From: Planctomycetota bacterium
GTDB lineage: Bacteria > Planctomycetota > UBA1135 > UBA2386
Assembly: GCA_965223545.1 (NCBI GenBank)
Contig: OZ245006.1
Location: 5,568,001 to 5,632,000 of the forward strand
Direction: 5' to 3'
DNA length: 64,000 nucleotides
This document shows, piece by piece, positions 23,101 to 29,073 of this stretch. The notes below the pieces were generated by a model. It searched no databases, was not told the DNA's origin, and saw only the letters and a program-made list of their open reading frames with translations. The translations under genes and the position numbers were made by a program. Each line of letters begins with the position of its first letter. Position 1 is the first letter of the stretch.

Positions 23101-24462
23101 GCGCGGGCGGAGCAGATCAACATCTTGGCCGATGCGGCGGTGCGCCAGGCCCGCACCCGACTGGGCCGCGCCGGTCTCGATGCGGCCGAGCACCTCGGTG
23201 CCCCCGTGGAGCACACCGTGGTGCACCGCGCGTGGCAGCGGCTCGGCGATCGGGACTGCTCGGTCGAGGACGCGGTCGCTGGCTTTCTGGCGGAGTTCGC
23301 GCACCGCGCGCCGCACGATTTCGAGCTGTCGGCCCCGCGCTACGGCGAGCAGCCGGAGCGCATGGCGCGCTACGTCGAGCGGTTGCGGCGGGTCAAGGAG
23401 GATGCCGGCGCTCCCGTCGATGTCCCCGCCGATGTCCCCGCCGATGCCGGTGGCGGGTCGGCGGGCACCAGTGATGCCGAACGCGTCCGCCTGCCGCGCA
23501 CAGCCGCGCTCTGTGTCGAGCGCGCACAGCGCTGGCAGGAGCTCAAGGAGGCCGCGAAGCACGCGTGCCTGCGCGAGGTCTCGCTGTTGCGGTCGCTGCT
23601 CTTGGAGCTTGGCGAGCGCACCGGCTTGCAAGAAGCGGTCTTCGACCTGCGCAGCGACGAGCTCGCGCGGCTCGATGACCCAGCCGCGGTCGCCGACCTC
23701 CTGCGCGAGGCGCAGCAGCGGGCCGCGGCCCGGCGGGAGTGGGCCGCGCTCGAGCTGCCCCCCGTCATCACCGCGGCCGAGCTCGAGGTCGTGGGCTCAC
23801 CACTCGCGGCGGCGGCGCCGTCGGCCGAGCGGGACGGCGCGCTGGCCGGGGCGCGGGTCGCGGGCAGCGGCGATGTCGTCGGCACGGTGCGCTGCATGGC
23901 GGAGGGCGATCCACACGACGCGCTGCGGCCGGGCGAGATCCTCGTCACTCGGTGTACGGATCCGGAGTGGAGCCCGTTGTTCGCCGTCGCCGGTGGCATC
24001 GTCACCGAGATCGGCGGCTGGCTGAGCCACGCCGCGATCTTGGCGCGCGAGTGCGGGCTGCCGGCGATCGTCGGTGCCGTCGGCGCCAGCCAGCGGCTGC
24101 GCACCGGTGATGTCGTCCGGCTCGGCATCGATGGTGGGATCGAGGTCCTGCAGGAACGCCGCGCGGCACCGCGGGTGGCGGTCGACGAAAAGGTCTGGCT
24201 GCGCTGGGCTGGCGGCGCGCGCGTCGGCGCCCGCCTGCTCAACGCGAGCCGCGCAGGGCTGCGCGTGCGCGTGCCCAAGGGCGCGCCGCCGTTGGGTGCC
24301 GAGGTCGTCGTCGACTGGGGTGCCGCCGACGGCCTGCGCGGGCAGGTCGCTTCCAACGGAGTCTGTGACGAGGCGGGTTTGGCCATCGAGCCCTGCGCGG
24401 CGCTGGAGCGACAGCTCGACCGGTCACGGCGTTTGGCGGAGGCCCGGCGCCGCGGCGGTTGA
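20191..24462 (+). CDS. Multidomain fusion: TM + two rhodanese domains + YidC/Oxa1-like membrane domain + PEP/pyruvate-binding ATP-grasp + phospho-His swivel + PilZ
   Basis: FDVREPEE..CYSGNRS; LVDVR..CYDKRGS; AIALLVLALRLVMLPL..FAWMADLRQPDP; GGKA..VAVRSS..ED..SFAG..QDVEWA..LQARDIT; TEIGGWLSHAAILARE; RRAAPR..NASRAG. Confidence 0.85.
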   Translation: MMLGIPSPDVLVSLAASVAQGAALVAVIAGRVLLGRRESASDDDPEAGKGGARLAAWGFGIAFAATAVGFVVYHSSVVDARQRRLSTNLYRSSTEAGVAVGDTSLKTLGFSAQNAHPRGFDSQDLAARLASGTPPPLFDVREPEETEAGVIAGSVHHRYPDLLRDRSVLTAAAGTPVLVCYSGNRSSELADTFAEQGIECRFLIGGYEKWLAEGRPLVGGVERSSLRALPEFPNRDTLLDTPEVQELAEAGDLVLVDVRYPEDLRAHALPGVHNITLRRLTTPEVETALRGLPEGPVVAVCYDKRGSFYGQILGLRMHRMGRDFRGRYTVPHEYWRPVAARAHVAAWQEAQRARSLLDLVREPLAAALTWLRDWLPAASLVGAIALLVLALRLVMLPLTWKADVDQRVREDLAPRLAALRARLADEPARRTRALLAAQRDAGLTPLRNFLGTLAIVVLFLVMFGVVDAEAAARPDGFAWMADLRQPDPWLAVVVGGLSAAVLAVKMRFRRPWIGVLVGAAFCALLVWICLQCSAAVSIYLIINLALVLLLEGAVRWWWRRRHPPRPAVRAAVELPANGLLPLRDAAALGAAGGKARRLGELVQLGLPVPDGFVLLDDAAGADEVLAAFDRLGCDEVAVRSSGVDEDGAEHSFAGVFDTELHVGRAQLLAAVERVRGSAMSARATAYAGQQTAAIPVLVQAMVPAERAGVLFTEDPTCTGLACVEMIDGVGEDLVSGRRTPKTLRFGRLSGRCLDGAPPMDLGPLLALGARLERHFGGPQDVEWAWVGGEYRLLQARDITVRATGADSPAARLEGERRRLMDRWLDDRREPDAALLEQDELAELLPRPTAYSAELMEALWAVDGSVDRAGRALGVPYEVREDSPSYTVTAFGRTFVDVAERERRRGAGLPARTAFRLTLRLERLERSARGWLGRFEQAAVRRAAIDAGRLPLAELLSMLSETRARFVAESYARAEQINILADAAVRQARTRLGRAGLDAAEHLGAPVEHTVVHRAWQRLGDRDCSVEDAVAGFLAEFAHRAPHDFELSAPRYGEQPERMARYVERLRRVKEDAGAPVDVPADVPADAGGGSAGTSDAERVRLPRTAALCVERAQRWQELKEAAKHACLREVSLLRSLLLELGERTGLQEAVFDLRSDELARLDDPAAVADLLREAQQRAAARREWAALELPPVITAAELEVVGSPLAAAAPSAERDGALAGARVAGSGDVVGTVRCMAEGDPHDALRPGEILVTRCTDPEWSPLFAVAGGIVTEIGGWLSHAAILARECGLPAIVGAVGASQRLRTGDVVRLGIDGGIEVLQERRAAPRVAVDEKVWLRWAGGARVGARLLNASRAGLRVRVPKGAPPLGAEVVVDWGAADGLRGQVASNGVCDEAGLAIEPCAALERQLDRSRRLAEARRRGG

Positions 24463-24474
24463 GGGGTTTGGCGG

Positions 24475-25200
24475 CTACCGGCGGCTCTCTCGAGCGAGCC
24501 TCCTCTGCACGGCGCCGCTCTGGAGTTCCCGCAGGGCGTGAGTGCCGATCCACCGGCAAGTCGAGTGCTCGACTTTGGCCAGGCGCTGCGCGGTCTCGAT
24601 CGCGGCGCCGTTGAGCGCGCGGTTGCGCTTGCCGATCGCGCGGAGTGCCATGTTCACCGCCTTCTTGACGAAGTGGCGGTCATCGTGGGCTTCGGCCACG
24701 ATCAACTTCAGGCCATCGCGAAACTGCTTGTCGGGGGCTTCCTTGTCGTGGACGGACAGCGCCCAGAGCAGGGCGAACGCCCCGCGCTTCTTGAACTCGG
24801 GCTTTGCCTTCGCCCATTGCGGCACTCTTCCCCAAGCGTGTGCGGTCCGGTCGAACAACTGAAAGCACAGCGTGTCGACCAGCGCCCAGTTGTCGCAGGC
24901 GGAGATCCACGCGTTCATCTGGCCGACGGTCACCTGCACGGGTTCGTCGACCAGCGTCGCGAGCAACCTCGCTTCGTAGCGTCCGGTGGCCCAGAGCTCT
25001 TGGCCAAGCTCGTGGCTCTTCCCGATCTCTTTGGCGTACTTCCTGAGATCACCCATGGACACCCCGAACGGCCGGGTGGCGGTGATGCCGTAGCGGTCGA
25101 GTTCTTTGGCTTGCTGCTTCGTGCCACGTCGCTCGAGCCAACCGAGCGCCTCTTTGACGGTGACCGTGGCGGTCGCGCTACCTTTCCTTCGAGTGCTCAT
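24475..25200 (-). CDS. DNA alkylation repair protein (AlkD-like)
   Basis: GVSMGDLRKYAKEI, ELWATGRYEARLLA, DNWALVD, DDRHFVKKAVNMALRAIGKRN. Confidence 0.9.
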   Translation of the reverse strand: MSTRRKGSATATVTVKEALGWLERRGTKQQAKELDRYGITATRPFGVSMGDLRKYAKEIGKSHELGQELWATGRYEARLLATLVDEPVQVTVGQMNAWISACDNWALVDTLCFQLFDRTAHAWGRVPQWAKAKPEFKKRGAFALLWALSVHDKEAPDKQFRDGLKLIVAEAHDDRHFVKKAVNMALRAIGKRNRALNGAAIETAQRLAKVEHSTCRWIGTHALRELQSGAVQRRLARESRR

Positions 25201-25714
25201 GGCTTCGGCGGCCCGGTTTTAGTCGTTTCTTTGGCTGTTCGACAACGTTCGAGCACCGCTGCTTGCCGCTCGGCGGCGCTTCGCCGATCATCGCCGCCCG
25301 TCGCTCTGCGTCGCGATGAGCCTCAGGGTCCGCAAATCTTCGCGCGGCGACAACCTTTCGAAAGGCTCGATGCCGCTGAAACTTCGACAACGCAGCTCCC
25401 GGAGGCTCGAAGACAACACTGGCCTCCGGGCTCAGCGCGGCCGCCGGCGACCGCGGGACCCACGACCGACGCTCGGGTCGCGGAATGCTCCGTGTTTGGT
25501 TGCGGCCTCGGCCGCGCTGAGCCTCAGGGTCCGCAAATCTTCGCGCGGCGACAACCTTTCGGAAGGCTCGATGCCGCTGGAACTTCGACAACGCAGCTCC
25601 CGGAGGCTCAAAGACAACACTGGCCTCTGCGCTCAGCGCGGCCGCCCGGGACCGCTAGAATCGCGGGCTCCGCTACTGTCGCGGCGCGCTCGGCCTTTGA
25701 TATCTCCTAAGTCA

Positions 25715-25720
25715 TGTCAA
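25715..25720 (-). promoter_or_regulatory. Outward-facing -35 box TTGACA in the IS right end; pairs with TATGTG (27632-27637) across the predicted circle junction
   Basis: Predicted junction TTGACA-TGACTTAGGAGAT-ACGG-TATGTG gives a 17-bp spacer; junction promoters are known for IS110. Confidence 0.6.
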
Positions 25721-25762
25721 GGGGTTTTCGCTGGGGCTCGACATCGCGTGTGCACGGCTTGT

Positions 25763-27265
25763 TCAGGACTCTTCCACAAGACCAGGGAAGTGTTCTTGCA
25801 TGAGATCACCGATCGGGTGAGGTTGACGTGGGGATTCCACGGCCAGGCCTGTGGCGTCCATTGGGCGGCCACTCAAGTCCCTCGTCGTCGGAGTCCCCAC
25901 TCGTCCCTGTCGCCGTTGGTCGCGCTCATGCCGCTGTGGCGCGACGATGCTGCGCGTGAACTTGGCTGCGATGAGCGCGCGCGCGGCAACCTTCGTGAGC
26001 TCGTTGCCGTCGGCGTCTCGCAGGACGTAGCGGACTTGCGTCGACGCCGGCTTGTCATCGGCGCGCTGGCTGTCGCGACGCTTCAGGAGGGCGTAGACGC
26101 GGCGCGCCATCTTGCCAGCCAATGCGATGAGGATGAGGTTGTGGTGATCACCTGCGGCGTAGCGGCGAGCGTAGTACGCCGCGAAATCCGGATCCCACTG
26201 GCGAGCGACGTCAGCTGCTAGGTAGAGGTACTTCTTGAGTACTCGTTGGCCGGTTTTGGTGATTGGCATCGAGGGGTCGCTCATGCCCGTCTGCTTCCGG
26301 CGTGGACACAGTCCGCAGTAGCTCACGAACTTCTTGCCGTTCGAGAACCGCGCGATGTCGCCTACCAAGGCTTCGATGGCCGCAGCGATCGTGGGACCGA
26401 CGCCGCGCAGTTGCTCGAGTGTTCGGTCAGGATCGACGCCCAGGTAGAGCTTCTTGATCTTTGCGTCGAGCTTGCGAACGTCCGTGTTCTTGCGCTCGAT
26501 CTCATCCAGCTCGTACACCACATCCTCTTGGATGGCCTCGTAGTCGAACGGCATCTGCCCCGCAGCTCGCAGCTCAGCGTAGTACTCGGCGGCCTGTCGG
26601 CAGGACTCGAGCACGCGGTCGACCAAGCACGGGTCATGCGTTCCCTTGGATCGCTTCGTCAAGAAGCGCTCCAAGCGACTCTTCCCAAGGCCGACCGCTT
26701 TCACCGGATCGACGTAGCGCCGCAGAAACCCCATCTTAGCGGCACTGAACTTCTCTGCCCCCAAGGCCTTCATGAGGCTGGGATTCGCCAGTACCAGTAT
26801 CGCGTGCACACGACGCTTGTGGTCGCTGAGCTCGCGCGCCAACCGCTCACGCCGCTTCACGAGTCGACGGATCGTCGTCTCGTCGGCAGTTGGAACACGC
26901 AGCTGGTGGACGCCCTTTGGATCCATCTGCGGCAGACGCGCAGCGGCCTCGGCGTCTACTACGTCGGTTTTGGTGTGCTTGCTATAGAACTTCCGCAGGT
27001 CGCTCAGCTTCTGTGGTTTGCTCACGTAGATCTGGAACCCTGCGGCGTTCACGTGCGCCGCGATGGGCAGCCACGCCAACCCCGTTGGTTCCATCACGAA
27101 GCTCACCGGACCCTCGGCACCTTCCTGTGCACGGCGCAGCAGAAGGTCAATACCCTCACGGCTGTTCTCGACTGAAAACGGTCTGCCCCGAGACTTCGCA
27201 CCATCCAGAACGACGGCTCGGTGCTTGCTCCTCAAGCCGAGATCCAATCCAACGAATCGATTCAT
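25763..27265 (-). CDS. IS110 DEDD recombinase/transposase
   Basis: GLDLG, VMEPTG, KTDVVDA (DEDD); Tnp20 domain RGVGPTIA..GDIARF..YCGLCP..QTG..ITKTG..IALAGKMAR; GGAGG RBS. Confidence 0.96.
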   Translation of the reverse strand: MNRFVGLDLGLRSKHRAVVLDGAKSRGRPFSVENSREGIDLLLRRAQEGAEGPVSFVMEPTGLAWLPIAAHVNAAGFQIYVSKPQKLSDLRKFYSKHTKTDVVDAEAAARLPQMDPKGVHQLRVPTADETTIRRLVKRRERLARELSDHKRRVHAILVLANPSLMKALGAEKFSAAKMGFLRRYVDPVKAVGLGKSRLERFLTKRSKGTHDPCLVDRVLESCRQAAEYYAELRAAGQMPFDYEAIQEDVVYELDEIERKNTDVRKLDAKIKKLYLGVDPDRTLEQLRGVGPTIAAAIEALVGDIARFSNGKKFVSYCGLCPRRKQTGMSDPSMPITKTGQRVLKKYLYLAADVARQWDPDFAAYYARRYAAGDHHNLILIALAGKMARRVYALLKRRDSQRADDKPASTQVRYVLRDADGNELTKVAARALIAAKFTRSIVAPQRHERDQRRQGRVGTPTTRDLSGRPMDATGLAVESPRQPHPIGDLMQEHFPGLVEES

Positions 27266-27289
27266 GTCCCCTCCATGTTCAACGAGTGA

Positions 27290-27625
27290 GTGTCGACGAG
27301 AGGACTCTCCCTACCCGCGCAGTCCGCCTGAGGAGGCGAGTCGCCAAAACGGTTCGTGTTTCGGGGCCGTGATTTCTCACGCCGCCAATCTCCTAAATCG
27401 GGTCCCCCACGCGGGAGGAGAGTCGCAGAACCAAATGAGGGGCCGCTCGAAGCGCCACCATTGCGGCAGATCGCGAAACCTCTCCGTCGCACGCCGGGGG
27501 ACCCTAAGCTCTCTTGCGGCCGATGACCAGACTCCCGACACGACTCCTGCGGCTGCACCATCGCGCGAGTCTTCCACACCGCTACGGCGCGACGGGTGTG
27601 GAGAACTCTAGCTTCGCAGATCATG
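27290..27625 (-). ncRNA. Putative bridge RNA of the IS110 element (ends approximate)
   Basis: Two parallel loops CGAT-[9 nt]-TGG(T/C)GGCG-hairpin-CGGCCCC; one pair of guides matches the element ends, the other matches the insertion-site motif. Confidence 0.8.
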
Positions 27626-27657
27626 GAACCACACATACCGTTGCGGCCCCGGCCGCG

Positions 27658-29058
27658 TTGAGCTCATGGACCAACAACGCCCTCCGGGTGATGGCCGGCG
27701 CGGCTTGCGCGCTGTCGTTTGCCTGCGGGTCCGAGCCCGCGGCGGACCCGGCGCCTCTGCCAGCCGCGCCGGTCACCAACCGGCTCGACGTCTCCTCTGA
27801 CGTCGTCAACAACCTCGGCATCACCTACGAGCCGGCGGCCCGCGGTCACCTCGGTGTGTGGCACCGGGTGTCGGGCGAGCTGGAGGTTCCCGAGAGCCGC
27901 CGTTGGCTGCTGCGGGCGCCGGCGCGCGCGCGCGTGCTCTCGACGGTCGCCCGCTGGCAGGTGGTCGCGCAGGGCGCGGTGGTGGCGACCCTGGCCGCGC
28001 CGGAGGTCGGGCGCGTGCGGGCCGCGATCGAGCTCGCCGAACGGACCGCCGCGCAGGCGACGCGCGAGGTGGCGGCCGCCGGTGCGCGGCTGGTCGAGAG
28101 CGAGGAGCACTTGGCGGAGGCGCGCGCCTTCGAGCGCACCTGCATGGAGCGACTCGACCATCTCGAGCGGGCGGATCGGCAGGGCAACCCGCTGACCGTG
28201 CGGGAGCTGGTCGAGGCCCGCCGCGCGGTCGCCGAGGCCAGTCGGGCGCGCCTCGACGCGGCGATCGTGCGCGACGAGTTGGCGGCGCGGGTCGCCGGCA
28301 AACAGCTCGACGCCGACCGGGCCGCGGGCGACGCCGCCGCACAGCTGCAGGCGCTCGCCGTCCTGACCGGAGCCAGCGTGGCCGATCTGTCGGAGCGCAC
28401 CGAGGGCGAGCCGGCCTGGCGTCGGATCGAGCGCCTCGAGATCCGCGCCCCCGCGGATGGAGTGGTCGTCGAGCTGGCGGTGGCGGCCGGCGAGGTCATC
28501 GACGCCGGGATGCCGGTGGCGCGTCTGTTCGATACCCGCGAGCTGCGCTTCGTCGGCCGCGTGCCCGAGGGCGATCTGGGGCTGTTGGCCGGAGGCAGTA
28601 CCGTGCGTTTGGAGTTTGCCGCCAGCCTGCTGCCGCCGGTCGAGACGGTGCTCGACGCGCCGCTCTTGATCGCCGACCCAGACACCCGAATGGTGCACGT
28701 GCAGGCCGCCGTCGCCAACGGCGATGGGCAGATGGCGCACGGCATGTCCGCCACGGCGCACGTGCTCGTCGAACGCAGCGCGAGTGAAGAAGTGTTGGTC
28801 CCGCAGCGGTGCATCGTCTTCGACGGCCTGCAGGCGGTCGTGTTCAAACGCGATCCCGATGATCCGGACGTCGTCGTGCGCACCCCGGTCGAGCTCGGCG
28901 CGCGCGCGGTCGATCGCGTCGAGGTGCTCGCCGGTGTGATGGAGGGCGATGCGCTGGTCGCCGACGGCATCCGCCAGCTGGTGCGCACCGGATTGGGCAA
29001 GGCGCCGGAGGGCGGCCACTTCCACGCCGACGGCACCTGGCACCGGGACCACGAGTAG
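27658..29058 (+). CDS. RND efflux periplasmic adaptor (CusB/CzcB-like lipoprotein); current start uncertain (TTG 27658, GTG 27688 or ATG 27691)
   Basis: Lipobox LSFAC; IRAPADGVV lipoyl-like motif; His-rich C-terminus GGHFHADGTWHRDHE. Confidence 0.88.
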   Translation: MSSWTNNALRVMAGAACALSFACGSEPAADPAPLPAAPVTNRLDVSSDVVNNLGITYEPAARGHLGVWHRVSGELEVPESRRWLLRAPARARVLSTVARWQVVAQGAVVATLAAPEVGRVRAAIELAERTAAQATREVAAAGARLVESEEHLAEARAFERTCMERLDHLERADRQGNPLTVRELVEARRAVAEASRARLDAAIVRDELAARVAGKQLDADRAAGDAAAQLQALAVLTGASVADLSERTEGEPAWRRIERLEIRAPADGVVVELAVAAGEVIDAGMPVARLFDTRELRFVGRVPEGDLGLLAGGSTVRLEFAASLLPPVETVLDAPLLIADPDTRMVHVQAAVANGDGQMAHGMSATAHVLVERSASEEVLVPQRCIVFDGLQAVVFKRDPDDPDVVVRTPVELGARAVDRVEVLAGVMEGDALVADGIRQLVRTGLGKAPEGGHFHADGTWHRDHE

Positions 29059-29073
29059 GTCCCTTTCGATCGA

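Larger units (their letters stand above)
25702..27641 (-). mobile_element. IS110-family insertion sequence (IS110 group: long left non-coding end, short right end)
   Basis: Transposase gene; lower GC; removal restores TTTGATTGCGGCCCCGGCCGCGTTGAGC; no terminal inverted repeats or multi-base target duplication; 1-nt boundary ambiguity. Confidence 0.92.
25317..27662. repeat. Two-unit 201-bp palindromic array (family B, related to family A); second unit split by the IS110 element
   Basis: TGAGC at 25317 and 25518; 25518-25701 plus 27642-27658 = 201 bp; closing TGAGC at 27659; shares GCGGCGACAAC, CCGGAGGCTC, GCTCAGCGCGGC and TTTGGTTGCGGCC..GGCCGCGCT with array A. Confidence 0.9.

Noticed and set aside
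23415..23450. 12-bp tandem repeat (CGATGTCCCCGC) in the fusion gene
   Set aside because: Short in-frame linker expansion (DVPA), unremarkable
21930..24150. PigC-like role linking the fusion to the pyrrole cassette (prodigiosin pathway)
   Set aside because: About 25 kb apart and no other pig/red genes are visible; the shared domain order is not specific
27502..27507. CTTAGG, present near both ends, as the IS core or left boundary
   Set aside because: That boundary does not restore the repeat unit; the 27641 boundary restores it exactly and matches the donor guide
27514..27657. N-terminal extension of the RND adaptor in the ORF track
   Set aside because: It lies mostly inside the IS left end
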